64,000 nt of DNA from the NCBI RefSeq assembly GCF_009914755.1, contig NC_060930.1; one strand, written 5' to 3'. This document shows positions 28,859 through 43,855 of the stretch, in pieces; within the stretch, counting starts at the first letter, position 1, and the number at the start of each line of letters is the position of its first letter. The notes beneath the pieces are model-generated. The model searched no databases and was not told the DNA's origin. It saw only the letters and a list, made by a program, of their open reading frames with translations. The stretch comes from the human T2T-CHM13v2.0 reference genome, Homo sapiens. The position numbers were made by a program, and so were the translations under genes.

Positions 28859-30230
28859 AAATTTATTTTATTTTATTTTAATTTCAGGGGGTTATATGTG
28901 CAGGTTTGTTACATGGGTAAAAACTGCATGCCACTGAGGTTTGGTGTACAAATGATATCATCATCCAGGTAGGGAGCATACTAACTGATAGGTAGTTTTT
29001 CAACTCACATCCCTCTCCCAGCCTCCCACCTCAAGTCGTCCCTTGTGTCTAATTTTCCCCATCTTTGTATCCATGTATATTCAATGTTTAACTCTTGCTT
29101 ATAAGTGAGAACATGTGGTATTTGAATTTCTGTTTCTGCGTTGATTCACTTAGGATAATGGACTCCAATTACATCCTTGTTGCTGCAAAAGACATGATTT
29201 CATTCCTTTTTATGGCTGCATAGTATTCCATGGCATATATATTGCATTTTCCTTGTCCAGTTCACTATTAATGGACATCTAGGCTGATCCCATGTCTTTG
29301 CTGTTGTGAATAGTGCTGCAATATTCATGAGTATGCATAATGAGTGCATGTGTCCTTTTGGTAGAACAATTTACTTTCCTTTGGGTATATTCCCAGCAGT
29401 AGTATTGCTGGGTCAAATGGAAGTTCTGTTTTAAGTTCTTTGAGAAATTTCAAAGAATTGACAACAGAAATATCAACTTAAAACTGAGCTGCTTTCCACA
29501 GTGGCTGAACTAATTTACACTCCCACCAGCAGTGTATATTGCTCCCTTCTTTCTGTAACTTCACCAGCATCTGTTATTTTTTGACTTGTTAATAATAGTA
29601 ATTTTGACTGGTGTGAGATGGTATCTCACTGTGGTTTACATTTGTATTTCTCTAATGACTAGAGACATTGAGCATTTTTTCATGTATTTGTTGGCCACAT
29701 GTATGTCTTCTTTTGAGAACTGTCTGTTCATGTCCTTTGCCCATTTTTTTAATGGGATTCCTTTTTGCTTGTGGAATGGCTTAAGTTCCTTATAGATCAT
29801 GGATATTAGACACATAGACCAATGGGACAGGATAGATAATCCAGAAATAAAGCCGCTCACCTACAGCCATCTGATCTTCAACAAAGTTGACAATGACAAG
29901 AAGTGAAGAAAAGATTCCCTATTCAATAAGTGATGCTGTAATAACTGGTTAGCCATATCCAGAAGATTGAAACTGAACCCCTTCCTTTCATCATATACAA
30001 TAATCAACCCAAGATGTATTAAAGACTTAAATGTAAGATTTAAACTATAAAAGTCCTAGAGCAAAATTTAGGAAATACCATTCTGGATATCAACCTTGGC
30101 AAATAATTTGTGACTATTTCCAAAAGTATTTGCAACAAAAACAAAAAATGATGAGTGTCACCTAATTAAAGAGCTTATGCACAACAAAAGAATTATCGAT
30201 AAAGTAAACAGACAACCTATAAAATTAGAG
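28859..30230 (-). mobile_element. Older L1 (L1PA13-16/L1PB-like) with 5' inversion (twin priming)
   Basis: Minus-strand 3' end at 28859-29811, then a plus-strand ORF2 segment at 29808-30230. TSD cactgtctttt (28848-28858) / cactatctttt (30231-30241). Confidence 0.85.
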
Positions 30231-33200
30231 CACTATCTTTTTTGTTGTAACTGATTTTGGTTTCTAATGTCAAGTAGTTTTGCAATATAGATTGAGGGTA
30301 AATGTTTATCTTTCTCCTAAATCTATAAATTCCTTAATAATTGGCATAATCAATTTTTATATATTTTTCCATATTACTGGATCTCACACAACTTTTTTTC
30401 TGTACTCCAATTGTCAGACTACAAATGCTCCACCTATCTTTCCCATAAATCACTTAATCAAGTGAAAATATGTATTACTATGAATTATGCATCGAGGAAC
30501 TTTTTCTAATACATTTGTATAAATCCTGAAAATATTAATAAATCTGATATATAGCCGCTGTCTTGGTGCTATTGGTGTACATATTACTTGTATAGAGGAA
30601 CCTAGAAGTATATATTCATTTATATGCTTGGTTTCTAGAATGAGAGATTTAGCAAGCAGGGTATTAAATAATCTTAATAGCTTGCAATTTGAATACATCA
30701 AAAGATACATTTTTTCATGTAACCTCAGAAAATATCAGGGCACATAGCCTGTATCACTCTAGAAGATAGATACCTAACCGAGAATATAACAAAAACTTGG
30801 AGAGAAATATGCTGGCTCATGGAAAAAAAAAAATCACTCTCATTGTCACTGCCACCATTGAACCCATGTGCTTTTCCATCTTTGGCTTCATCCAACATTA
30901 TCTCAGACTCCTACAAAGTGAATTTACCTGAAACTCTGTTCTGATTGTGTCATTTTTTACACTCTAAAATTTCAATAGCTTCTCAATAAATAGCAAACAC
31001 CTTCGGCTGGCATGCTAGATTCTTAGTAATCTGGCTGCAGCCCACATTTCCTGCTTTATTCTCTCACAGTCATCTTATTGTAATGGACATACTTTTATTG
31101 TCCATAATCTAAGGGGTATTTTTGTCAATTTTTGTCCACTTTATTGTTACATCATGAATTTTTTAAACACACGTTGGACTCTATTAATTTTCCTTTTCCT
31201 TTAAGATTGGTAAGATATTACATTGTGGAAGTATTAGTTTAGAAACAATCTACCTTGAATTCCAGATCCACCACCAACTTTTTGTGTGGCTTTAATATAG
31301 TATTTGACACTCTGCTCTTTGGCATCTTTATGAATAATATGTAGAAGATGACAGTCTCTACCTCACTGAGCCCCTATTACCCTTACGTGGACATTGTTTG
31401 GCACAGAGGAAAAAATTCAGGAAATGTTAGCTCTTGATACTTCACTAAATGCTTTTACAAAGCTTAGTCTTAATTTGCATTATGCTTATTTGCATGCAAA
31501 CATTATTTTTGTCTCTTCTAGACTATGAGCAACTGATGTCTCCAAGTATGACTTATTTCTCCTTTTATTGTCTTAGTGTTTAACAAATCATCTGGCTCAT
31601 AGTAAGACAAAAATATATGCTAATTGAATAAAGTAATCCCAGGTTCTATTAAGGTGGTCTAGCTAAGGAAATTTTGCCTCACAGAGCTTGTTGCTACTTA
31701 AAGCATTCAGAGAGGTTGGTTAACTCACGCAGTAGGATAATGCAGAATATTAACAAAGTTAGAGGGAGACAGGAACAGATGAGCTCTCAGACTTAATCTA
31801 ATGCTAAGACTCTTAGATAAGTAAATATCTAACTACAGTTATACAAAATAGAGAAAAAAACAATTATTTGTTGGTGTTAGAGCACCATATTTATTATAAA
31901 ATTACATGATATTTGAGGTCAGATAAATGAATAAGGGGGAAATAGAAATTATGATGTTTACATTATTTTAGCCAGGAATTATATTAAAATATATAGTTTC
32001 CAAACATAATACTTGCTTAATTATGCCTACTAAAAAGTCTTTGTCTGGTGGCAGTTAGAATACACAGGAAATACTGAAATTTAGATGTCCAGTGAATTAG
32101 CTGTGTAATTTTGAAACTATCCCTTAACCACTCAGGATCTGTTTTCTCATCTGTAAACACTTTACCTTGGACCATGTAACCTTAGAATCGAAAGTTTATA
32201 AAAGAAATGAGGAAACTCCAAGCTCTTTAATATACAAAATGTGAAATAGACAAAAATTATATTTCTTAAGAATTGTAGAAATTTAGAAGCACATAAATAT
32301 TCAGCAAAATATGTGGCCAAATTCCTGACAAGCAAACTCTGGTGTATTTGTTCATCAGCCTAAATTAAACTGCAATTGTACCCAAAACAGCCTTATATGT
32401 CTATGAGCTTCTGCCAATATGCAGTTGGATCTCTCTTCTGCAGCTGTCTATAATCCACCAAAGAGACAAGTGAATACTGTTGTCAAATTAGAAGTGAAGA
32501 AAATGGCATCATTAAAGCAGAATGAATAAATTATGATAGCTCTGGAAGAGCATCTTTAACAAATAAACAGACATAGCAAAAGTATCAACTACTTTTTTTG
32601 CACATGTACAACTTCAAAAATTTTTAAAAGATGACATTTTAATTTAATAGTCTGTAATTTTATTTTAGTTATACACATTACCTTTCTCATTGTTACGAAG
32701 TTTTATTAAGAAGCCCTGGGAAAATTAAGACTAATAAAAAGATTCCTAAATGTGAGGTCAGAAACTCTGACATTTTAATTTTGGTTCTTTCACTGAGGAT
32801 CCACTATTAATAGTATTGGATCTTGGCTTCTTTAAGTGTAAATTAAGACTAGATTGTATAAAAATTTTGGATTTTTGTAAGTACTCTATTTGATGTTGGA
32901 TATATAAACCAAAATATATTTATTTTTACATTGCATGCATTACAAAAAAGGTGTATATAATTATTTTTCTATATTGTAGATTTGTTGAGGTCAATTTGAG
33001 GTTATTGATGGAACCAACTTGGTAAACACAGACAAGTTATATGTTTCAGGGAAATGGGATTAGAAACTAAAGCAGATGAAAGATTTAAATATTCACTGCA
33101 AATATCAGATAGGATCAATGCAGATATTACTTATATCAGTGCTAGAGTCACCCGAACAAATAAAGCATTCTTGTGTTTTTAACAAGTGTATTTGAACTGC

Positions 33201-34419
33201 ATACTCTCTTCAGATATTTAAAAGGGGACTTGGCAGCACTAGCAATTGTTAATAGTGAAAATATGGGAACTGGCAGCAACAATTCAGCAGGTAGGCAATA
33301 TTACAAAGGATCACTTAAATAGGCACTCAGAATTTAAACGAAAAGCTACATGAACTATGTATTTCAAAATAAAAGCTGCTAGATTGTCTGCCACATCTTA
33401 GACTACCTTTAAAGGTTATGTTTAGAGAAATGATGAAGGAATGGGATGGCAGGTGGTCAGAGCAGGCAGCAGAAGTAGTTTGTTTGTTACTTGAAATGAT
33501 GCATAGACAGGCAGCAAAGTGGGAATCTGAGCCTGCGGTGCAGGTGCTAATTATTCTTTCAGTGGCACCAACAGAGGTCAGGATTGAAGCCTGATTTATA
33601 GCCTATCTTGGCTAGTACTGACCAGGCATAAGTAATGCTGGATGCCAAGTGCAATGGGGGCACTAGAGGGGCTCAACAATAAATAGCAACGATAAATTTT
33701 TTAGATGAAAATTTTTGCACCTCTGTCCTATTGCTCTTTTTGCGAAGTAAGGATTATTCTGAGTTATAGAATGTGGATTTGTGCTGACATTGACTTTAAA
33801 GCCTGTACTAGATTTCAGTATAGCTTGACTAAATGTATTTGTCCTTTCCCCACTTACACCCCACCCAAGTGTCTCACTGTCAGCCTAGATCACATAGTGA
33901 CAAGCATCTCTTATGATAAAATTCTTCTAATAAATTAAGTACCTAAGTACCTATAATTTGCATCTTTCTAAGAAAATAAAAATTAAAAACAAAACAAAGA
34001 ATATGTTTTAGAATGTTCTTCCCTACATGCCTCACTTGTCAAATTTGTACTTGTAATTTGAGACTTGAGTTCAACACTGCATGGTGTATGCAGTGAGAAT
34101 GAGCCTTCTCTTTAAGCTTCCACCTCAAAGGTTAAGCACATTTATATTATACTTCAATTTGTGTTTATTTGTTACTTCTTGTACTAGGCCTGGAAATCCT
34201 TCATAGCAAGGAATGTATCTCAATTGTAAGTGTTGAATGAATGTAAAAATAATCTATAGATGATTGGGTTGCTTGACAGACAACGAGCTTAATCCTACTA
34301 TCTTGACAACCAAAAGTAACAAGTCCGGGCTTATGGGTTGAAAATGGTGGGACTGCCAAAAAAAAAAAAAAAAAAAAAGTAATAATGAGTAACTTTTAAA
34401 GTCAAGGAAAGCATAACAG

Positions 34420-34635
34420 GGGTTTTCAACCATTGGTATGCATCAGAATCTTGTGAGAACTTTTTTTAAAGTGCTTATATTGGAGTCTTACTCCAGATGA
34501 TCCTGATGCATAATAAAGTTTGAGAACAATTGTGAGATTCTGACCCAATTGATCTGGAGTGCAACTTAGGCATTCATATTTTCTCTAGAGCTCTTCAGAT
34601 GATTCTGATACATAGCCAGAGTTGTGAACCATGGG
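34420..34635. mobile_element. MER5A-like hAT-Charlie fossil
   Basis: 'gcatcagaatc...ggcattcatatttt...cagatgattctgatacatagccagagttgtgaacca'. Confidence 0.6.
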
Positions 34636-35403
34636 AATAATAAAAGAGAGAAATAAAAAGTATATACATAGAGAAATATATATATTCACAAGGGGCAAGA
34701 AGAACAGAATAAATAAAAACAGAATGAAGAGAAAAGAGTGTATAAGATTGTAAAAAATGTTGATTCAGCTAACTTTTTGTTTGTGTTGACTGTGCTGACA
34801 AGATGAGCACATTACAGAGGGAAGTAGAGTGTAGAGCCTTCCACTAGGAGTGATTAGGTTATTCTATAAAATATAGTGACAGTCTGAATGCCATATTATT
34901 CTACTTTGTGAAACAGCTTAACCTTAGGTCTATGTTCTCCCAGATCATCATTTATACTTACATAACTATACATCAAACACAATCTTATTTAAACCTTAAA
35001 CAGTCCTTTGAGGAGTAAGCATTCTTACACTCATTTTTTTTATAGATATGTAAACTGAAACCCAGAGCATTTAATTAACTTGCCTTGAGTCACACAACAA
35101 GGGAGTGATGCAGCTGGGATTAGAACTCAAGTCTCTTTCACTGTACCACCCTGTTTCTCACAGGCAAAACCCTTAGGATATTAACATCATAGAGTATGAA
35201 TCATAAAAAAATTCTAAAGGCTGTAATTAAAGTCCAGTGTAGAGATGTTACTCTAAATGGTTTATATTCTTTGCCTATTTCTTTACTTGTATTGAGACAT
35301 ACACAAGAGGAAACCAAAAGGAAGTAATATACTCTAATGCCTATTACTAGCTGAGCATTTAATATCCATTAATCCATACATCTTTTAAAAATCCCAAATA
35401 ATG

Positions 35404-35712
35404 TGCCAGGCACAGCAGCTCCCATCTGTAATTTGAGCAATTTGGGGGGCTAAGGCAGCAGGACCTTTTTAGCACAGGAGTTCGAGACCAGCCTAGGCAA
35501 CGTAAGGAAACTCCATTGCTACAAAAAAATTTAAAAAAAAAAAGTAGCTTGGTGTGGTGACACGTGCTGTGGTCTCAGCTACTCAAGAGGCTGAGGTTGG
35601 AGAATCTGCTGAGCCCAGGAGGTTGAAGCTGCAATGAGCCATCATTTTGCCACTGCACTCCAGCCTGGGTAACAGAGACCTGTCTCGAAATAAATAAATA
35701 AAATAAAATAAA
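35404..35712 (+). mobile_element. AluJ
   Basis: Diverged dimer with J-type 'agcctaggcaac', 'gagcccaggaggttgaagctgcaatgagcc' and a (TAAAA)n tail. Confidence 0.9.
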
Positions 35713-36127
35713 TCCTGAATGGTGAGTATTATTATAACTATTTATAAACAAGGGAATTCTCATTTGAAATTGATATGAATGGTAACCAATTCTCTCTGAA
35801 ATAGATATGAATGGTGACCAAGTTCACACAGCCAGGCAGCACTGGATAAAAATCCAAAACCAGATCTGTATAATCACAAAATAATTTGACTACATTCATT
35901 CTCAGCATAATGGCACCTCCTTTCCTCAAACATCTGGAAGGAAAAACAATGAAAAATTATGCCTGAATTATTCTGAGTCTGAAAGAAATGACAAAGAGTA
36001 GGATAAAACAAGGTAAGTTTGGAGTGAAAATAGTATGAAAAAGTGGAGAAATGTGAATGTCGATTTAAAAGTGCACATTTAAACTTTATTAAAAATGACA
36101 GGCTTTTCTAAAAACAAATGGAATCTA

Positions 36128-39100
36128 GGGGGGATTCAGAGCAAAATGGCAGAATAGAAGGCTCCCTCGATTTTCCCCTGCATAAGGACACCAAGTTAAC
36201 AACTATCTGCACATAAAAAAACACCTTCATAAAAAACAAAAATCAGGTGAGCACACAGAGTACCTGGTTTTACCTTCCTATCACTGAAAGAGGCACTGAA
36301 TAGATAGCAAACACAGTTGTGATTGCCAACGCCACACCTCCCCAACACCAGGCAGCCACAGCTTGCAGAGAGTGTCTCTTGAGCACTGAGGGAGAACGAA
36401 CATAGCAATTTTGAAACACTGAACTCGGTGGTGTCCTATTAGAGCAGAAAGGAAAACCGGGAGCATTGAAACTGACCGTAGACAGAGAGGAATTACCGAT
36501 CCCAGTAGTTTGAACTTGAGTGCCTGCAAACCTTGCCACCAAGGGCTATAGCACTCTGTGTTTCCAAGTAAATTTGAATGACTGTCTAGGCCATAAAGAC
36601 TGCAACTCTTGGGTGAGACCTAGTGCTAAACTAGGCCCAGAGACAGTGGACTGAGAGAGCATGCAGCTTACTGAGACACTAACTAGGACAGCCAAGTGGG
36701 TGAGGGCATCATTCCTCCCCTAAATCCAGTTTGCACAGCTCGTGGCTCCAAAAGAGACCCCCTTCCTTCTGCTTGAGAAGAAAAGAGGGAAGAGGGGGGA
36801 AGACTTTGTCTTGCATCTTGGATACCAGCTTAACCACAGCAGGATAGGGCACAACACAGAGTTGTGAGGCCCCCGTTCCAGACCCTAGCTCCCAGATGAC
36901 ATTTCTAGACACACAGTGGGTTAGAAGGGAACCTGCTGCCTTGAAGCAAAGAACCCAGTCCTGGCAGCATTTATCACCTGCCAACTGAAGAGCCCTTGGG
37001 CCCCAAATAATCAGCAGTGATACTCAGGTACTACATTGAGGGATTTGGATGCACCTCTGAGACTTGCTGGCTTCAGTTGTGACTCAGCACATTACCAGGT
37101 GGGGTGGTTATGGGGCAAAACTCCTTCTGCTTGAGAAGAACAGACGGAAAAGTAAATGGGGTCTTTGACTTGCACCTTAAGTATCAGCATGACCTCGGAA
37201 GGCAGAGCACCAAGTGGACCCTTGGGGTCCTTGATTCCAGGGCTTGACTCTTGGACAGCTTTTCTGGACCTGGCCTGGGCCAGAGGGGAGCCCACTTTCC
37301 TGAAGGGCGAGCTCCAGGCAAGGCAGCATTCAACACAAGGGGATTTAAGAGCCCTTGGGCCTTAAAAGAACATTGGCTGGTAGTCTGGTGTATGACTCAT
37401 GGCCTGGGGTGGTGGTGGCTAAGAGGTGAAGCTCCTTTGCCTTTGGAAAGGAGAGGGATGAATGGGAAGGACTGCATCTTGTGGTTTCAGTGCCAGCTCA
37501 GATGCAGTACAACAGAATACCAGGTAAATTTTAAGGTTTTTGACTCTTGTATCTGACTTCTGGCCAGCAACTTTGGACCTACCCATGGGCTTGAGGACCT
37601 CACCAACCCAAAGGGAAGTACACAGACCTGGCTGGCTTTGCCACCTGCTGATTGTAGAGCCCCAGGGCCTTGAGCTAATATAAGCAGTAGCCATGGAGTG
37701 GTTACAGCAGAACTTGGGTGATACTCAGTGCTGTGCTGGCTTCAGGCCTGTCTCAGTGCAGTGATAGTGGTGGTAGCCACAGGGGTGCCTGTGTCACTTT
37801 ACTGCCAGCTTTAAGTGGCTCATAAAGAGAGAGTGAGAATCTGGGAGAAAGGGAAGAGAACAAAGAATCTCTGCCTGGTAGTCCAGAGAATTCTCCTGGA
37901 ACTTGTCCAAAATCATCAAGGGGATATTTGTATAAATCCATAAGATCCACAGCATTACTGAGTTTGGGGTGCTCCCTAAAGTAGATACAGCTTATTATAT
38001 ATACAGATAACACCCAAGTCCTTTCAAACATTGGAAAAGCCTTCCCAAGAAAGATGCTAAAAATAAGCCCAGATAGCAAGGACTGTAATAAATACCCAAC
38101 TCTTCAATGCCAAGACACCAGAGAACATCTACTGGCATCAGAACCATCCAGGAAAACATGACCTCGCTTAACTAAACAAGGCAACAGAAACAATCTTGGA
38201 GAAACAGAGATCTGTGGCCTTTCAAGTAGATAATTCAAAATAGCTGTGTTGAGAAAAATTCAAAGAAATTAAAGATAACACACAGAAAAATTTCAGAATT
38301 ATATCAGATAAATTTAACAAAGTGATTGAAATAAAAAAAAGAATCAAGCAGAAATTCTGGAGGGGAAAAATACAATCGGCATACTGAAGAATGCATCAAA
38401 GACCTTTAATAGCAGAATTAATCAAGCAGAATAAAGAATTAGTGAGCTTGAAGACAGGCTATTTGAAAATATAGAGTCAGAGGGAGAAAAAGAATAAAAA
38501 ACAATGAAGCACACATAGAGGATCTAGAAAATAGCCTCAAAAGGGCAAATGTAAGAGTTATTGGCCTTAAAGAGTAGGTAAAGAAAGAGATAGAGGTAGA
38601 AAGTTTCTTCAAAGGGATAATGAGAGAGAACTTCCCAAACCTAGAGAAAGACATCAATATACAAGTATACAAGTAGGTTATAGAACACCAAGCAGATTTA
38701 ATCCAAAGGATACTACCTGAAGGCATTTACTTTTTAAATTCCCAAAGGTCAAAGATAAATAATCCTAAAAGCAGCAAAAGAAAAGAAACAAATAACATAC
38801 TATGAAGCTCCATGATGCCTGACAGCAGACTTTTCAGTGGAAAGCTTACAAGCCAGGAATAATGACATGACATATTTAAAGTGTTGAAAACAAACAAACA
38901 AACAAACAAACAAACAAACAAAACCTTTCACCTTAGAATAGTATATGCAGCAAATATATCCTTCAAACACGAAGGGGAAATAAAGACTTTCCCAGACAAA
39001 CAAAAGCTGAAGGATTTAGTTAATACTAGCTAGACCTGTACTACAAGGATTGCTAAAAGGAGTACTTCAATCAGAAAGAAAATGACATTAATGAGCAATA

Positions 39101-42100
39101 AATAATCACCCAAATATACAAAGCTCACTGGTAATAGCACAGAGAAAAACACAGAACATTATAACACTGTAACTGCTGTGTGTAAACTACATTTATCCTA
39201 ATAACAAAGACTAAACAATGAACCAATCAAAATTAATAACTACAATAACTTTTCAAGACATATTCTGTACAATAAGATAGAAATATAAACAACAAAAAGT
39301 TAAGAATCTGGGGGACAATGTTAAGGCATAGAGTTTTTATTAGTTTACTTTTTTGCTTGTTTGCTTGTTTATGCAAATAATGTTCAGTTGTTATCAGGTC
39401 AAAATAATGGGTTATAAGATAGTATTTGCAAGCCTCATGGGAAACTCAAACCAAAAAATATACAATGAACACACAAAAAATAAAAAGGAAGAAACTAAAT
39501 CATATTGCCAGAGATCACCTTCCCTACAGGAAGGAAACATAAAAGGAAGAGAAGACTACAAAACATCCAGAAAATAAATAACAGAATGGCAAAAGTAAGT
39601 CCTTACTCATCAATAATAACATTGAATGTAAATGGACTAAGCTCTCCAATCAAAAGACAGACTGAATGGATTAAAAAAGAGACCTATTGTTCTGTTGCCT
39701 ACAAGAAATGCACTCCACCTATAACATACAAAGACACACATAGACTGAAAATAAAAAAAATGGGAAAAGATAATCTATGCCAATGGAAACCAAAATAAAA
39801 GCAGGAGTCTCTATACTTATATCAGACAAAGTAGATTTTAAGACAAAAACTAACAGAAGGGACAAAGACAGTCACCACATAATGATAAAGAGGTCAATTC
39901 ATCAAGAGGATTTAAGAATTTTAAATATATATGCACCCAACACTGGAGCATCCAGATATATAAAGAAAATATGATTAGAGCTAAAGGCTACAATACAATA
40001 ATAGCTGGAGACTTCAACACCCCACTTTCAGCATTGGAAAGATATTCCAGACAGAAAATCAACAAAGAAACATTAGACTTAATCTGTACTCTAGACCAAA
40101 TGGACCTAATAGATACTTAAAAAAACATTTCATGCAAGAGCTGCAGAATAACATTCTTCTCCTTAGCATTTGGATCATTCTCAAGGATAAACCATATGCT
40201 AGGTTACAAAATAACTCTTAAAGCATTCAAAAAACGGAAATAATAACAAACACCTTCCCTGACCAAAATGGAATAAAACTAGAAATTAATAACAAGAGGA
40301 ATACTTGAAACTACACAAATGAATGGAAATTAAACAATATGCTCCTGAATGACCAGTCAATAAAATTGACAAGGTCAATAAATAAATTAAGAAGGAAATT
40401 GAAAAATGTCTAGAAACAAATGGTATTGCAAGCACAACATACTAAAATCTATGGACTATAGCAAAAGCAGTACTAAGAGGCAATTTTATAGCTGTAAGTG
40501 TCTACATCAAAAAAAAAAAAAAAAAAAAAACCGGGGGAAAAACTTCTAATAAACAATCTAATGATGCATCCTGAAGAACTAGAAAAGCCAGAGCAAATCA
40601 AACCCAATATTAGTAGAAGAAAAGAAGTGATAAAGATAGAGCAGAAATAAATGAAATTGAAATGAAGAAGGAATACAAAGTATCAATGAGACAAAATGTT
40701 GGTCTTTTCAAAAGTTATACAAAATTGAAAAAACCCTTAGCTAGACTAAGCAAAAAAAAAAAAAAAAAAAGAGCAAGAGAGAAGATTCAAATAAATTAAT
40801 CAGATATGAAAAAGGAGACATTACAACTGAGACCACAGAAATTCAAAGAATCATTAGTGGCTAATATGAACAATGATATGTCAATAAATTTGAAAATTTG
40901 GAAGAAATGAACAAATTCCTAGGTACATACAACCTACCAAGACTAAGCCAGGAAGAAATTCAAAACCTCAACAGACTAATAAGAAGTAATGGGGTCGAAG
41001 CTGTAATAACAATTCTCCCAGGAAAGATCCAATAACATCATTCTGAATTCTAGCAAACATTCAAAGAAAAACTAATACTAACCTTACCCAAGCTATTCCA
41101 AAAAATACAGGAGGAGGGATACTTCCAAACCCATTCCACAAGGCCAATATTACCCTGATACCAAAACCAGACACACACACACCCCTGACACACACAAATG
41201 ACAAGCCAATGTCTCTGATAAATATTGAAGTAAAAACCATCAACAAAATACTAGCAAACTGATTTCAACAACACATTAGAAAGATCATTTATCATGAGCA
41301 AGTCGCATTGATCCCTGAGATGCAAAGGTGATTCAGCATATACTAATCAATGTATACTATATCAACAGAATAAAGACTAAAAACCATATGATATTTTCAA
41401 TCATTTCTGAAAGAGTATTTGATAAAATTCAACATCCCTTCATGATAAAAACCCTCAGAACACTGAGAATAGATGAAACATACCTCAAAATAATAAAATT
41501 CATATATGACAGACCCACAGTTAGTATCATAGTGAATGTGAAAAACTGAAAGGCTTACCTCTAAGATCTGGAATGCAACAAGAATGCCCACTGTCACCAG
41601 TATTATTCGACATATTAGTGGAATCCTAGCTAGAGCAAATCAGACAAAAGAAGGATATAAAGGACATCTACTTAGAAAGGAAGTAGTCAAATTATCCTTG
41701 TTTGCAGATGATATGATCTTATATTTGGAAAAGCCTAAAGACTACACAGGAAATCTGTTAGAATTGATAAACAAATAAAGCAAATTTGCAGAATACAAAA
41801 TCAACCCCAAAACAGTAGCATTTCTGTATACAAACAATGAATGATCTGAAAAAGAAATAAAAATAATCCAGTTACAGTAGTCCCACATAAAATTAAATAC
41901 CAAAGAATTAACCAAAGAAGTTTAACCAAAGGAATTAACCAAAGAAGTAAAAGATCTGTATAATCTAAACTATAAAACACTGATTAAAGGAATTGAAGAG
42001 AGCTCCAAAAAATGAAAAAATATTTCATGTTCATGGATTTAAAGAATCAGTACTGTTAAAAAGTCCATATTGCTCAAAGCAATCTATAGATTAAATGCAA

Positions 42101-43855
42101 TCCCTATCAAAATACCAATGGCATTTTTTCACAGACATAGAAAAAACAATTCTAAAATTTATACGGAATCACAAAAGACCCAGAATAGCTAAAGATATTC
42201 TGAGCAAAAAGAACAAAACTGGAAGAATCACATTACCAGGCTTCAAATTATACTACAGAACTGTAGTAACCAAAAGTGTGGTACTGGCATAAAAACAGAC
42301 ACACAGACCAATGGAACAGAATACAGAACTCAGAAAAAAATACACACACCTACAGTGAAACTATTTTTGACAAAGGTGTCAAGAACATACAATGTGGAAA
42401 AGACAGTCTCCTTAATAAATGGTACTGCAGAAAGTGAATATCCATGCACAGAGGAATGTAACTAGATAACTAACTCACCGTTTTCAAAAATCAAATAAAA
42501 ATGGACTAAAGACTTAAATATTAGGCCTCAAATTATAAAACTACTCCTAGAAAACATTGGGGCAAATCTCCAGGACATAGGTCTGGGCAAAGATTTCTTG
42601 AGCAATACCCAACAAACACAGGCAACCAAAGCAAAAATAGACAAATGGAATCACATCTAGTCAAAAAGCTTCTGCACAGCAAAGAATACAATCAACAAAG
42701 TGAAGAGACAACCCAGAGAATGAGAGAAAATATTTGCAAAATACCCTTCTGACAAGAGATTCGTAACCAGAAGATATAAGGAACTCAAACAACTCTATAG
42801 AAAAAAAGAAAATCTAAGAATTTGGCCAAAATTTGGGCAAAAGATTTGAATAGACATTTCTCAGAAGAAGGCATACAAATAACAAACAGGCATATGAAAA
42901 CGTGCTCAACATCACTGATCAACAGAGAAATGCAAATCAAAACTATAAAGAGATATCATGTCACCAAAGATAAAAATGGCTTATATCCAAAAGACAGGCA
43001 TTAACAAATGTTGGCAAGTACATGGAGAAAAGGGAACACTTGTACACTGCTGGGAGGAATGTAAATTGGTGCAAGCACTATGGAGAACAGTTTGGAGGTT
43101 CCTCAAACAACTAAAAATTGAGCTACCATATTATCCAGAAATCCCACCACTGGGTATATAACTGAAAGAAGGGAAATCAGTATATTGAAGAGACATCTGC
43201 ATTTCTATATGTGTTGAAGCACTGTTTGCAATAGCTAAGATTTGAAAGCAACCTAAGTGTCCATCAACAGATAAATGGATAAAGAAAATGTGGTACATAT
43301 ACACAATGGAGTACTATTCAGCCATAAAAATATAATTAGATCCAATCATTGGCAACAGCATGGAAGGAACTGGAGATCATTATGTTAAGTGAAATAAGCC
43401 AGGCATAGAAAAATATCGCATCTTCTCACTTATTTGTGGGATCTAAAAATTAAAACAATTAAACTCATGGAGATAAAGAGTAGAAGGATAGTGATCAGAT
43501 GCTGGGAACGGTAGTGGGGGGTGGGGTCAGGTGGGGATAGTTAATGGGTACAAAAAATAGAAAGAATGAATAAGACATACTATTCATGAATGAGTAAATA
43601 ATATATACTTGAATAAGATATAGCACAATAGGTGACTATAGTCAATAATAACTAATTGAATGTTTTAAAATAACTTAAAGAGTGTAATTGGATTGTTCAT
43701 AACTCAAAGGATAAGTGCTTGGGAGGATGGATACCCCATTCTCCATGATGTGCTTATTTCACTTTGCATGCTTGTATCAAAACATCTCATGTACCCATAA
43801 ATATATATACCTACTACATACTCACAAAAAATAAAAAAGGAAAATTAAAAATATT
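36128..43855 (+). mobile_element. Full-length degenerate L1MA (MA1-3-like) element, ~7.7 kb
   Basis: Starts 'gggggattcagagcaaaatggc'; ~2 kb 5' UTR; decayed ORF1 (~38100-39090); decayed ORF2 (~39586-43447, FADD retained at ~41701-41712); L1MA-type 3' UTR. TSD aaaacaaatggaatcta (36111-36127) / aaagcaaagggaatcta (43856-43872). Confidence 0.9.
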
